Virus record (IMG/VR): IMGVR_UViG_3300007352_000001
Span: 124,001-188,000 of that record
DNA: 64,000 nucleotides
Reading direction: 5' to 3' (one strand)
Part shown: piece after piece, positions 1-9,029 of the stretch
How positions within the stretch are numbered: the first letter of the stretch is position 1
Layout of the letters: each line of letters opens with the position of its first letter
The notes under the pieces: generated by a model
Database searches by the model: none
The model's input: the letters and a program-made list of their open reading frames with translations, nothing else
What the model was told of the DNA's origin: nothing
Translations under genes and position numbers: made by a program

Positions 1-7
1 GCAAACC

Positions 8-23
8 TGCGAATCGCGTGCCA
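8..23 (-). promoter_or_regulatory. sigma54-type -24/-12 promoter candidate firing off the left edge
   Basis: Minus strand reads TGGCAC-GCGAT-TCGCA, matching TGGCAC-N5-TTGCW spacing; lacks the extended tail of the six-copy motif. Confidence 0.4.
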
Positions 24-222
24 GCACGATCGTGGTCATATCGCGATTGACCGTCAGAGATCTACAGGTTTAGTCTCACAGCCTCTCCTCCCTCCGGCCA
101 GCCAATGCCCTCACGTGCTCTCGGGCGCGTGGGGGCATTGGCGTTTTCAGGGCTTGACCTCGCACGAGACACGCTGCTACCAGAGGACACGACAGGGGCA
201 ACCCAAACACACGTCGACCAAC

Positions 223-264
223 TGCACGCCGCCGTCGAGCCTCCCACTCGGCGGCGGTGCTGCA
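223..264 (-). terminator. long GC hairpin directly downstream of the small Zn-ribbon gene
   Basis: TGCACGCCGCCGTCGAG (223-239) pairs imperfectly with CTCGGCGGCGGTGCTGCA (247-264); no clear U-tract. Confidence 0.3.
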
Positions 265-265
265 T

Positions 266-433
266 TTAGGGCCGGAAAATCGGCACTGGTCGGCGGATGT
301 CGGTGATGACACGAGCGATCTGCACGCGGTACTCCAGTTTGCACCGTGGGCACTCGATCTCGCCGCCGCCGTCGAGTAAGTGCGGCAGTTCTACGAAGGT
401 TCCACACCAGGGGCACTCGATCTTCGTCGCCAT
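266..433 (-). CDS. small zinc-ribbon protein (55 aa)
   Basis: Hand translation MATKIECPWCG...ECPRCK..., two CxxC motifs, SD GAAGGAG upstream; below the ORF-track length cutoff. Confidence 0.7.
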   Translation of the reverse strand: MATKIECPWCGTFVELPHLLDGGGEIECPRCKLEYRVQIARVITDIRRPVPIFRP

Positions 434-632
434 GATCTCTCCTTCTGTCCCAAAAGACGTCGGACGGGCTGTGGATCTGACACCTCACTTCTCCATACGC
501 GGACGCGTGACGGCTTCTATGTCGGCTCCCGCGTGCCACCCCTCACCTACCTATTCCGGCCAGGAACGGGTTTTCGTGGAAGCGGCCAAAAGATTCTGGT
601 AGGGCAGGTGGCCGAGCGAGCGTGAAAGGGGT

Positions 633-1451
633 GTGCTGATGGCGTCCGTGGCGGTGGGAATCGTCGGGTACAACGATCCTGGAATGCTTGGGCAGACGTT
701 GGACGCCGTCATGGCGACCGTCGCGTCCGATGTGCCGGTTTTCGTCTACGACGACGCGTCGTGGGCGGCGAACGTGCGGATGATCTCGCAGCGTCCCGAG
801 TCGAAGGTCTTCTTCGACAACCCGTGGGTGGATCCCAACAACCCGCCAGGCTTTTACCATGCGCACATCCCGAAGCTGTCGGTGATCGCGAGCCCAGTGA
901 ACCGTGGCTCCGCGTACGGCCGCAACGAGCTGTGGCACGCCGCGGAGTTCTACGGCATCGAGCGCATGGCGACGATCGACATGGACATGCGCGTGCATCC
1001 GGGCTGGTTGGACGCGCTCATGGGCGTGATGGACCGCCACGACGACTGCGGCATCTCCACCTTCACCTACTGCAACGATCACGGCGGGCGCTTCCCGGTC
1101 ACCCCGGCCGGCCAGGACCTGAAAGTCGCCGAGACTCCGTCGATGTGTTGGCTCGTGCGGATCGCGATGCTGAACGACTGTCTCGGGCCGGACACGGTCT
1201 GGGGCATGGACACGCGAATGGAGTTGTTCTCGCACGACTCTGAGTTCTCGCAGCGGATGAAGCGCTGCTCGCGCTGGCGTCAGTATCTGAGCCCGGAGCC
1301 GCTCATCAGCGAGTTCGTTCAGCACCACAGCGTGAAGACCGGCAACAGTGTCACCTCGGCCGAGGCCGCGGCGCGGCGGGAGCGCGACTGCAAGATCTGG
1401 GGCGAGATGAACGGCAAGCGCGGCTGGGAAGACGGCAAGACCGACGTGTGA
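633..1451 (+). CDS. glycosyltransferase family 2 (GT-A)
   Basis: N-terminal ..VFVYDDAS, N.GSAYGRN, DxD motif TIDMDM. Confidence 0.8.
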   Translation: MLMASVAVGIVGYNDPGMLGQTLDAVMATVASDVPVFVYDDASWAANVRMISQRPESKVFFDNPWVDPNNPPGFYHAHIPKLSVIASPVNRGSAYGRNELWHAAEFYGIERMATIDMDMRVHPGWLDALMGVMDRHDDCGISTFTYCNDHGGRFPVTPAGQDLKVAETPSMCWLVRIAMLNDCLGPDTVWGMDTRMELFSHDSEFSQRMKRCSRWRQYLSPEPLISEFVQHHSVKTGNSVTSAEAAARRERDCKIWGEMNGKRGWEDGKTDV

Positions 1452-1723
1452 GCCTTGTGGCCCGCCAACCCAACACCGCCGGCTGGCACCTCGTGTACAG
1501 CTCGTTCGACTCGCTGGAGAACCACCACAGCGACGCTGTGGTGCAGACCTGGGAGACTCTCTCGCTGTCGAGCCTCGCCGAGCATGCGCAGGCGCGCTCG
1601 ACCGCCACTGCGCGGTGGCGCTCCCTTCTCTCCCACCGGTACGCGGGCTGGGACGATACGCTCTACCCGCGTGACCCGAGACTCGTCTACGTCGACGATC
1701 TCGCGTTCATGAGCGGGGAATGA
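1448..1723 (+). CDS. hypothetical protein
   Basis: GTGA overlap with the upstream stop and ATGA overlap with the next gene. Confidence 0.55.
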   Translation: MSLVARQPNTAGWHLVYSSFDSLENHHSDAVVQTWETLSLSSLAEHAQARSTATARWRSLLSHRYAGWDDTLYPRDPRLVYVDDLAFMSGE

Positions 1724-2091
1724 GCCGGCGCGCGATCGAGGACCGGCTCTTCAGGCCGGGGCAGGTCGGGTACGCGTCCCAGCGTTGCGGTGATTGCCGG
1801 CGACCGATCGCTGGCTTCGAGCCTCTGTACCATCGCGGCCAACGCATCTGCGTACGCTGCTATCTCCGTGCGGAGGCCGACTATTACGGCAGCGGACGCT
1901 GCGGCGGGTGCGAGCACTGCGGGTCGTTCGACTACGTGTTCACGCCGACAGCGCAGTACCCTAGCCGACCTGTCCCGATGACGTGCGAGGAGTACGAGGC
2001 TGGTGGTGGAGGTGGTTGTGGAGCGGCGGACAGCGATGTGGCGCATGTGCCCCGTGTGCCGGCTGAAGGTGCAGAACCACAAAGATGGTGA
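1720..2091 (+). CDS. Cys-rich hypothetical protein (zinc finger)
   Basis: CGDC, CVRC, CEHC motifs; coupled start. Confidence 0.5.
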   Translation: MSRRAIEDRLFRPGQVGYASQRCGDCRRPIAGFEPLYHRGQRICVRCYLRAEADYYGSGRCGGCEHCGSFDYVFTPTAQYPSRPVPMTCEEYEAGGGGGCGAADSDVAHVPRVPAEGAEPQRW

Positions 2092-2197
2092 AGAGGTCTT
2101 CGACCGCGGCTTCAAGCAGCTCGTGCACCGGCGCGCCTGCATGCACCGGTACCGACAGACACGACGCCGCGCTCGCAAAGGGAAGGAGCAACGATGA
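2003..2197 (+). CDS. small basic hypothetical protein
   Basis: CPVC motif; stop overlaps the ATG of the GT4 gene. Confidence 0.4.
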   Translation: MVEVVVERRTAMWRMCPVCRLKVQNHKDGEEVFDRGFKQLVHRRACMHRYRQTRRRARKGKEQR

Positions 2198-3180
2198 GGA
2201 TCGGAATGGGCGGGCACATCTACCCGCTACCACCGCGCGGCTACGGTGGCGTCGAGCGCGTCGCCGCCTGGTGGTGCGACGAACTCACGCGCCGTGGGCA
2301 CTACGTGCATATCTTCGGGCATCCCGACAGCTCGTGCGCGCACGACCGACTGACCCCCGCGTACGCGCAGCAACACGTCGATGGCTTCGGGCCGGCCTAC
2401 GCGCAGCTGGGCGACGACCTCGACCTGATTCACGACAACTCGGACTCGCACCCGTCACCGATGCGTTGGTGTCGGCCCGGCGGGGTCCAGCGACCCTTCG
2501 TGCACACCGTGCACGCGTGCGTCTGGCACCGCGGTAGTCCCTGCCCGGTCTTCCTTTCGCAGAACCAGGCGCGCTGGTTCGGTGCCGAGAACCCGGTGAT
2601 CGCGCACAACGGCTTCCCGACTGACGCGTTCACCGTCGAGACCAACAAGGAGGACTTCTTCCTCTGGTGCGGTTCGCTGCGGACCTGCAAGGCACCGGAG
2701 ATGGCGATCCAGCTCTGTGAAGAGACCGGCGAGCGCTTGAAGATCATCGGTCCGATCCAAGACGGCCGCTATCACCACTTCCCGCAGTCGTACCCGCGTG
2801 GGGGCCAGATCGAGTACTTGGGCGAGATGGGCGCGCAGCGCATGGAGTACTTCCGCAAGGCGAAGGGGTTCCTCTACACCTGCTCGCAGGACTGGATGGA
2901 GGGGATGTGCCTCGTGCTCTGCGAGGCGATGCTCTCCGGCACGCCGGTGATCGGCCTGGTGACACCGAACAACACCATCGTCGAAGAGGTCGTGCAGAAT
3001 GGGCTCGGTGGGTACGCGTGCAAGGACTACGAGACGATGCGCGGCGCGATCACCAACGGCCTCTACCGACTCTGCTCGCCGCAGGAATGCCGCGAGAACG
3101 GGGAGCGATTCTCGATCGAGCGCACCGTCGATCGCTACCTGCAGATCTACCAGGACGCGCTCGGCGGGAAGGTGTGGTGA
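2194..3180 (+). CDS. glycosyltransferase family 4 (GT-B)
   Basis: PP.GYGGVER N-terminal motif, K.PEMAI, EGMCLVLCEAMLSGTPVI (Ex7E) motif. Confidence 0.9.
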   Translation: MRIGMGGHIYPLPPRGYGGVERVAAWWCDELTRRGHYVHIFGHPDSSCAHDRLTPAYAQQHVDGFGPAYAQLGDDLDLIHDNSDSHPSPMRWCRPGGVQRPFVHTVHACVWHRGSPCPVFLSQNQARWFGAENPVIAHNGFPTDAFTVETNKEDFFLWCGSLRTCKAPEMAIQLCEETGERLKIIGPIQDGRYHHFPQSYPRGGQIEYLGEMGAQRMEYFRKAKGFLYTCSQDWMEGMCLVLCEAMLSGTPVIGLVTPNNTIVEEVVQNGLGGYACKDYETMRGAITNGLYRLCSPQECRENGERFSIERTVDRYLQIYQDALGGKVW

Positions 3181-3458
3181 TGCCGATCGGACTCGAAGTC
3201 GACATGCTGCCGCAGGAGCGGTGGCCAGAAGCGCCGCCGCACATGCAGTACCTCGTCGAAAGAGAAACGCGCGATGGGGTGCCAACCGGAATCGGGTGGA
3301 ACACGTCGCTCGGTTACTTCGTGATCCAATCGTCCGGACAGGGTCCGTACCTCATCGCGCAGGAGCGACACACCGACGAACGCCTGACCAGCGCGTCGTG
3401 TTGCTGCCAGACGTGCATTGAGCAGGCGCGTCGCGCACTCGCCATGGAGGAACTGTGA
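3180..3458 (+). CDS. hypothetical protein
   Basis: TGATG coupling to the GT4 stop; MPIGLEVDMLPQ... Confidence 0.55.
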   Translation: MPIGLEVDMLPQERWPEAPPHMQYLVERETRDGVPTGIGWNTSLGYFVIQSSGQGPYLIAQERHTDERLTSASCCCQTCIEQARRALAMEEL

Positions 3459-3570
3459 CGCTCCTGACTCGCCTGGCGCGGACGATCTGGTACAAGCTCG
3501 ACGGCATCGGGTGGGACGTCCCACACGGGCCGTTCACGCCGACGTGGCGTGAGGCCTGGGAGGAAGCGGA

Positions 3571-3795
3571 ATGAGCAGTTCCATGTACTACCGCCAGTGC
3601 GTGCTGCGGGCTGGCTGCGAACAGCAGGTGCGCTGGATCCCGGAGACCTTCGCCCGCGTCGGCAAGTGGATCGTCGTCAAGGAGGACGGCTCCAACTGGT
3701 GTGTGAAGGAAGTTGGTGCAATGCGCGTCAGCGAGGAGTACCTTGCCGAACACGAACGAGACCACCTGCACCAGCGGGAAGCCTCGGACGTGTAA
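3571..3795 (+). CDS. hypothetical protein
   Basis: SD GGAGG upstream; ends immediately before tRNA-Phe. Confidence 0.6.
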   Translation: MSSSMYYRQCVLRAGCEQQVRWIPETFARVGKWIVVKEDGSNWCVKEVGAMRVSEEYLAEHERDHLHQREASDV

Positions 3796-3868
3796 GGCGA
3801 GATGGCAGAGTTGGTCAACGCGCCGGTCTGAAAAGCCGGACATCTCGGTTCGATTCCGAGTCTCGCCA
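3796..3868 (+). tRNA. tRNA-Phe(GAA)
   Basis: Cloverleaf GGCGAGA/TCTCGCC, anticodon loop CTGAAAA, T-loop GTTCGATTC. Confidence 0.92.
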
Positions 3869-3888
3869 CTTGTTCGTGGAAGGGTTGT

Positions 3889-3963
3889 GGTGGCTGTAGC
3901 TCAGTTGGCTAGAGCGCGTGACTGTGGCTCACGAGGTCGAGGGTTCGATTCCCTCCAGTCACC
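3889..3963 (+). tRNA. tRNA-His(GTG)
   Basis: G-1, acceptor GTGGCTG/CAGTCAC, anticodon loop CTGTGGC, discriminator C. Confidence 0.93.
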
Positions 3964-3975
3964 CTTCTTTCGGAG

Positions 3976-4722
3976 GTGGGGATGGTGGACGTGGCGGTGA
4001 TCATGCCCGTGTACAACGAGCGGGCATGTCTGCATCAGGTGATCGAGGAGTGGGTCGCGCTCTTGAAGCCGCTCGACGGCGTGCTCGTGCTCTGTGATGA
4101 CGGCTCGACCGACGGCAGCGACGACGTCTGCCGAGAGTGGCAACGGCTCGAACCGCAGCACGTCGTCGCCCGACGGCACGAGAACGTCGGCCACGGGCCG
4201 ACCGTGTACTGGGGCTACCGGTACGCGCTCGACGAGCTGCGCGCGTGCTACGTCGCCCAGGCGGACTCTGACGGGCAGTTCCCCCCAGCCGGCCTCGACG
4301 AGCTGCTGAAGCACCGCCGTGGCGGTGTTGTGCTTGGCATCCGTCGGGATCGCCAGGACCCGCTGATCCGCCGGCTGCTCTCGAAGGCGATGCGCCGGAT
4401 GAACTATGCCCTCTTCGGGGTGTGGGTCGAGGACGCCAACTGCCCGGTGCGCGTCATCTGGTCGGGCTACCTCGAACGCGTACTGCCGATGATCCCCCCG
4501 ATGACGTTCGCACCGAACGTCTTGCTCTCCCTGCGCGCCGCGAAGGACGGCCGGCTCTTCACCAAGCCGATCCCCCACCGGCCGCGTGCCACCGGTACTG
4601 TGACCATCAACCGCCGCCTCCTCACGGTCTGCCTCCGCAACCTGGTCGAACTGCTTGCCTTCCGCCGTAACGGATTCCGTCGTGCGTTGGACGATCGTAC
4701 GCGCACTCAGCGTCGGCATTGA
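3976..4722 (+). CDS. glycosyltransferase family 2 (DPM1/polyprenol-phosphate glycosyltransferase-like)
   Basis: VIMPVYNE, CDDGSTDGS, N.GHG, QADSDGQF motifs. Confidence 0.9.
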   Translation: MGMVDVAVIMPVYNERACLHQVIEEWVALLKPLDGVLVLCDDGSTDGSDDVCREWQRLEPQHVVARRHENVGHGPTVYWGYRYALDELRACYVAQADSDGQFPPAGLDELLKHRRGGVVLGIRRDRQDPLIRRLLSKAMRRMNYALFGVWVEDANCPVRVIWSGYLERVLPMIPPMTFAPNVLLSLRAAKDGRLFTKPIPHRPRATGTVTINRRLLTVCLRNLVELLAFRRNGFRRALDDRTRTQRRH

Positions 4723-4925
4723 CAGCACCGAGTTCCGGCTGCCGTATGCGGTCGATCGCCTCGCCTCGATTCGTGATCAGTTCCGTCGCGCACAGGGCAT
4801 TCGCGATGGGCAGCACGTGCCGGCGTGGCAAGCCTACCCGTGGCTCGTCAAGCAGCGGCTGATCCGGCAGACGACTACCCCGATCATGAAGGTGCAGCTC
4901 GCCGTGCTCTGCACACGCCCGGTGG

Positions 4926-5240
4926 TCAAGCTGACCCCGGTAAAGCCATCATGAAGCGGTGCACCGCCATCGTCCGGTGGTAGCCGCAGATCGAGCACTC
5001 GCGCAGGTCGGTGTTCGGCATCACGTGCGGCTCGACCACCACCCACTGCTCGGGGTGCTTCACCACGTTCATGAGACGCCGGGTCACTTCCAACCTGAAA
5101 TGCCCACCGAACCCCGAGGCTTTGAGCCAGCGCACGCCGTCGCGCTGCACGAGCATCAGCTCTTCGCGGAGCCCATCGACCACTGGGCGATAGAGCAGGG
5201 CGCCACGCTCTAGCGCAGCGACCAACTCCGCAGCGGTCAT
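4926..5240 (-). CDS. hypothetical protein
   Basis: ORF coupled to the upstream gene; CSICG motif. Confidence 0.55.
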   Translation of the reverse strand: MTAAELVAALERGALLYRPVVDGLREELMLVQRDGVRWLKASGFGGHFRLEVTRRLMNVVKHPEQWVVVEPHVMPNTDLRECSICGYHRTMAVHRFMMALPGSA

Positions 5241-5665
5241 CCGGTAGGTGGGACGACGTGAAAGCCGGCGTCGCGCACGGCTCGATCGAAACGCTGGTAA
5301 TCGAGCGGGTGCGCATCGACGCCGCGCCGCGGGTCCGGATCCATCGGTGGGTCGAACGTCAGAGCTGCTCCGAACGCATGCGTGAACACCGCAATCATCG
5401 GCAGCGAGATCTGCTGCAGCGGCGTCCAGCGGAGCACATCGTGCGCGAGCGTCACCACGTGCCGGCGCTGTTCAGGCCAGCGATCGAAGGCGACGTTGTC
5501 CCGCACGGCAGCAAGGTGCGCCTTGGTGCGCTCGTAGTGGCCCGTCACGGCGTCCGGGACGATCGTCCGGTAGCCGCTCCACTCGTAGAGTTCGCCGAGC
5601 GCACGAGACAGTTCGCCCTGCGCGTCTTCCTCGGAATCGCTGAAGCTGTCGGCCATCATCCACAC
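5237..5665 (-). CDS. hypothetical protein
   Basis: ORF in the minus-strand run, normal codon style. Confidence 0.6.
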   Translation of the reverse strand: MWMMADSFSDSEEDAQGELSRALGELYEWSGYRTIVPDAVTGHYERTKAHLAAVRDNVAFDRWPEQRRHVVTLAHDVLRWTPLQQISLPMIAVFTHAFGAALTFDPPMDPDPRRGVDAHPLDYQRFDRAVRDAGFHVVPPTG

Positions 5666-5692
5666 GCCCTTTCCCCACCAGCAGCATCGGTC

Positions 5693-6376
5693 TCAGTTCC
5701 CGTCCCAGTCCAAGATCCCGAGCCGCTTGTCAACCATCCACTGCGCTTCCGCGGAGAGCTGGGGGTAGTTCGAGGGGCGCTGCAACGCAGCCAGCGCGGA
5801 CGGGGACGGCGTGTGGTGCGTGACGAACTCCGGCAGGTGCTCCCCGACGATGAAGAGCGACGCCTGCGGGCTCACTTCCTCTGGCCGGCGGATGAACGAG
5901 GCCTGGCAGAGGTCGCCGTTCCAGTACGACCGAGCCTGCGCGATGTTCTCGTGGAGCCGCTGCTCGCCGGTGTTCAAGTCGCGCTGGTTCCAGATGATCA
6001 CGCGATCGAGATGCGGCTTGTGGAGCACGACGAAGTCGACGAGCTGGGGAATCGACCGCGGCTCGACCCACACCCGGTCATCATCGTGCCAGCGCCCGAC
6101 GACGGTGGCGTAGTCCGCGCCGGCATCGAACGCGGCCTGCACCTCCTCGTCGGTCGTATGCAGGCCCTTGGCGAGGATGCGCTTCCACGTCGACGCCTTC
6201 GCCTTCCGGACGAGGTCGAGGCTGCCGCCCCACCGAGCATCGGTGTGTACCGAGATGAGGTCCCCGTGCTGGTGCGCAAGGGCGAAGCGCTCCTCCCAGC
6301 TCTCAGGCGCCCGGAAGCCGAACGGGCTCATCGTCTTGACCTCAGCCACGAAGAGCGGCCGTCCCAGCCTGCTCAC
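5693..6376 (-). CDS. indole-3-glycerol-phosphate synthase (TrpC)-like TIM-barrel protein, N-terminally shortened
   Basis: FVAEVKTMSP, ISVHTD, ILAKG, AGAD, WNQRDL and IVGEHL parallel the TrpC motifs IAEVKxASPS, ISVLT, LRKD, GAD, NNRDL, LVGEAL; GTG start inferred. Confidence 0.7.
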   Translation of the reverse strand: MSRLGRPLFVAEVKTMSPFGFRAPESWEERFALAHQHGDLISVHTDARWGGSLDLVRKAKASTWKRILAKGLHTTDEEVQAAFDAGADYATVVGRWHDDDRVWVEPRSIPQLVDFVVLHKPHLDRVIIWNQRDLNTGEQRLHENIAQARSYWNGDLCQASFIRRPEEVSPQASLFIVGEHLPEFVTHHTPSPSALAALQRPSNYPQLSAEAQWMVDKRLGILDWDGN

Positions 6377-6855
6377 GCGGCCTCCAGTGGCGGCGGTCCG
6401 CCGTACGAGTAGGCGCCCACATGGCCGTCGGGGAGTGGCCACTGGCGTCCGGACTGTTCATGGCTGATGCTGACGATGGTCGCGCGGATGTTGAAGAAGC
6501 GGGCGTCCAGATGCGCGCAGTTGAAAAACGTGCGCATTTCGTTGATCCACGGTTCGAGCTTCGCATGCGTGACCCGTCCCACGATCACACAGAAGGGCTG
6601 GAATGGCTTCAGCTCGTCGTACACACAGAACATCGACGGGACGGTGATCCGTCGCTTCAGACGGCCCTGACGCGGCCCAGGCGGGCCGAACACGTCGTGT
6701 CGTGGACAGACCGCAGCGACGCGATTCCCCATCCGCAGCAAAACCCGCCGCACCGCCCCGTGGTCTCGGCCGTGGCGGTCGACCCGCGGCAGTCGCTCCT
6801 GGTCCGTGCGGTACTTCACGTAGAGCGTGCACGAGCGGTTCTCGAACGACGACAT
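6373..6855 (-). CDS. hypothetical protein
   Basis: Open frame overlapping the trpC-like start; start uncertain. Confidence 0.5.
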   Translation of the reverse strand: MSSFENRSCTLYVKYRTDQERLPRVDRHGRDHGAVRRVLLRMGNRVAAVCPRHDVFGPPGPRQGRLKRRITVPSMFCVYDELKPFQPFCVIVGRVTHAKLEPWINEMRTFFNCAHLDARFFNIRATIVSISHEQSGRQWPLPDGHVGAYSYGGPPPLEAA

Positions 6856-6884
6856 GGGAGGCCAGCGGACCGTCCAGGACCGTC

Positions 6885-7286
6885 TCACCAGACCCAGCCA
6901 CCAGGCCAGGCGTAGCCGTAGTCGTAGACCCCAGGCTGCGGGCGGACGATGACGATGCTCGACCCGGTCGCCTCGCACGTCGACTCGCCCGGTGCGCACT
7001 GCACCGTTTCCAGCTGGCGGGTACGCCGGCCGTCAGTCACTGCCGCGGCACCTGGCGGCACCTGCACCACGCTGATCGGCGGCTGTGTCTGCAGGACCGG
7101 GAAGTACCCACAGCCGGTCGCAAACACGCCGAGGTAGATGATGCCAGCCACGACGGCGGCAATGCCGAACGGGTGATCTGTGAGCACGCTCCGCGCGACA
7201 GCGGCCCACGACGGCTCCTGGGGTAACGGTTCGTCTCGTCTGACGATGACCATCCGACCATCGACCCTCTTCCACTCGTGGCACAT
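6885..7286 (-). CDS. membrane protein
   Basis: Hydrophobic segment PFGIAAVVAGIIYLGVFATGC; SD GGGAGG. Confidence 0.6.
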   Translation of the reverse strand: MCHEWKRVDGRMVIVRRDEPLPQEPSWAAVARSVLTDHPFGIAAVVAGIIYLGVFATGCGYFPVLQTQPPISVVQVPPGAAAVTDGRRTRQLETVQCAPGESTCEATGSSIVIVRPQPGVYDYGYAWPGGWVW

Positions 7287-7313
7287 GCTGAGCCCTCCCG
7301 GCCGAGGACTCTA

Positions 7314-7670
7314 TTACAGGTCGGAAGATCCCTGCAACAGCAAAAAGACGCCCTCTGCGGCCAACGCGTTGGCCGTGACGTCCATCGTTGCGTCTTCGTA
7401 CCGATCATCCAGCCACTGCTGACCGCAGCCGTAGCAGATGCCGGCGGGGTAGGTGATCACCTGACTGACATCACCCCAGTAGATCTTGGACTGCGTCTCG
7501 TGGAACTCGGTGCTATCGCTCTCACCACAGTTCGGACAGCGGGCTCGCCGTGCCGCCGCTTGCTCCGCGGTTTCCAGATCCCCCGTGTCGAGCGACATCA
7601 CCAGGCGAGGAAGAGACCGCAGAGCATGCCGATCCCGAACATCACCCAGGACCGGTGCCGGACGTGCCAC
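7314..7670 (-). CDS. YgiT/MqsA-type zinc-finger protein (true start probably near 7598)
   Basis: CPNCG...PAGICYGCGQQW. Confidence 0.6.
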   Translation of the reverse strand: MARPAPVLGDVRDRHALRSLPRLVMSLDTGDLETAEQAAARRARCPNCGESDSTEFHETQSKIYWGDVSQVITYPAGICYGCGQQWLDDRYEDATMDVTANALAAEGVFLLLQGSSDL

Positions 7671-7732
7671 GGCTGCTGCGCTGGAGGTGGTGCCACCCGT
7701 AGCCGACGCGGGAAGTGCACGACCTGGTGCAT
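7598..7732 (-). CDS. small membrane protein (44 aa)
   Basis: MHQVVHFP...WVMFGIGMLCGLFLAW; SD-like GAGG. Confidence 0.45.
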   Translation of the reverse strand: MHQVVHFPRRLRVAPPPAQQPWHVRHRSWVMFGIGMLCGLFLAW

Positions 7733-7764
7733 GCCTCGATCTAGCGCACTTCTCGGCCGTCCGT

Positions 7765-7818
7765 CCAATGGCCCATTGAAGGAGCCATTGAAGGGGGCAC
7801 TGTATGCGCCCTTCAATG
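7765..7818. repeat. CCATTGAAGG direct and inverted repeats
   Basis: CCATTGAAGG at 7773-7782 and 7785-7794; inverted copy CCTTCAATGG at 7809-7818. Confidence 0.8.
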
Positions 7819-7842
7819 GCCCAATACAGACAAGGCAGCTCC

Positions 7843-8001
7843 CTCTGAGTATTTAGGCAAACGCCTCGCTGCGCTCCCGCCTTCGGCTCCGCTCCGCTCG
7901 CAGGGGTTCTCCTGATGGCGCCAGGGGCGCGCAGCGTAAGCGTAGCGCCCCCGCGCCCTACATATGCTTTTTTTGTTCTCTCTGAGTATTTTTAGGCAAA
8001 C
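7843..8001 (-). repeat. two copies of CTCTGAGTATTT(TT)AGGCAAAC, candidate phage promoter
   Basis: Copies at 7843-7862 and 7980-8001; core also found inverted at 23714-23728. Confidence 0.75.
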
Positions 8002-8027
8002 AGGAGGGGGTGTGGGGGAACCGCCGG

Positions 8028-8705
8028 TCAGCCCCGTTTCGCGTCGAGTTTCGCCGTCAGCTCGACCTCGGCGGCGAGGCCGGCCGGGTCCGCGAACAGA
8101 TCGCGGAAGGCGGTCTTCGGCAGCGGGATCTCCTGCAGCATCTCGATGTACGGATCGACCGAAAGCCACCGGTCGCTGTCGATGATGGTGATCTGCAGCG
8201 CAGAGCGGAAGCTGAGCTTGGTCCGGGTGATCGCCTCCCACACCAGCCGGCGCCGACGCCATTCCGCCGCGGTGACGTCCTTGGGCCGGTCTGTGTGGTT
8301 CCAGTAGTCGAAGCGGGTCAGCTCCGGCATCTCGTCCATGAACGCGAACACGTCCTCGAACAGCCAGTCGCTGATCGGCCGGAGGTAGTGTGTGCGGCGA
8401 TGCTCGTGCACGATGACGTGGCAGTCGAAGTGGAAGGGGTTACGGCGCGGGGACTTCAGCTGGGCCAAGTACTGCTGCCGCACGAAGTCGTGGACGTGCT
8501 CTAGCCGCGCCATTTCTTCCCCGACCGTCTTCATACGCTCGACGATCTCGGGGAGGTTTGGTTTCAGCTCCCGTGTGAGGTCTTGGTAGAGCTTGCGGAG
8601 GATCGCCTGAGCGTACCGCTCGCCCTCGCGCTGGATCGTGCGCACGACTGACCAGAGTTGCCGGCTGTTGGTGAGACGGTAGGCTGGTGTGATCACCACG
8701 CTCAT
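8028..8705 (-). CDS. hypothetical protein
   Basis: 225-aa ORF with SD GGAG, directly downstream of the tRNAs. Confidence 0.75.
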   Translation of the reverse strand: MSVVITPAYRLTNSRQLWSVVRTIQREGERYAQAILRKLYQDLTRELKPNLPEIVERMKTVGEEMARLEHVHDFVRQQYLAQLKSPRRNPFHFDCHVIVHEHRRTHYLRPISDWLFEDVFAFMDEMPELTRFDYWNHTDRPKDVTAAEWRRRRLVWEAITRTKLSFRSALQITIIDSDRWLSVDPYIEMLQEIPLPKTAFRDLFADPAGLAAEVELTAKLDAKRG

Positions 8706-8724
8706 CGTCGTCTCCAGGAAGAAG

Positions 8725-8799
8725 AGCCCGCGGAGGGAGTCGAACCCCCGGCCCGCTGCTTACGAAGCAGCCGCTCTGGCCAGACTGAGCTACACGGGC
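8725..8799 (-). tRNA. tRNA-Thr(CGT)
   Basis: Reverse complement folds as a cloverleaf; anticodon stem GCTGC/GCAGC, loop TTCGTAA. Confidence 0.92.
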
Positions 8800-8812
8800 G
8801 TGTGAAAGGGAG

Positions 8813-8884
8813 TGGGCTCGGCGAGAGTCGAACTCGCACCACTCGGCTTAAAAGGCCGATGCTCACCAACTGAGCTACGAGCCC
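8813..8884 (-). tRNA. tRNA-Lys(TTT)
   Basis: GGGCTCG/CGAGCCC acceptor, loop CTTTTAA. Confidence 0.93.
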
Positions 8885-8942
8885 AGGGAAGGGCTCGCGT
8901 CATTTCAGCCGAGTCATCATGAGGGAAGGAAGGGGTACGCCT

Positions 8943-9029
8943 CCAAACCGCTGCCACCAGCCCGAGAACGGGAGCCTGACGCCCCGTCGCGTCGCATTAC
9001 TGCGCGCATCAGCTATCTGGTGGATTTGG
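8943..9029 (-). ncRNA. candidate structured ncRNA inside the tRNA cluster
   Basis: Nested stems CCACCAG/CTGGTGG, AGCTGATGC/GCGTCAGGCT, CGCA-GTAA-TGCG GNRA hairpin, possible pseudoknot GACGGG/CCCGTT. Confidence 0.4.
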
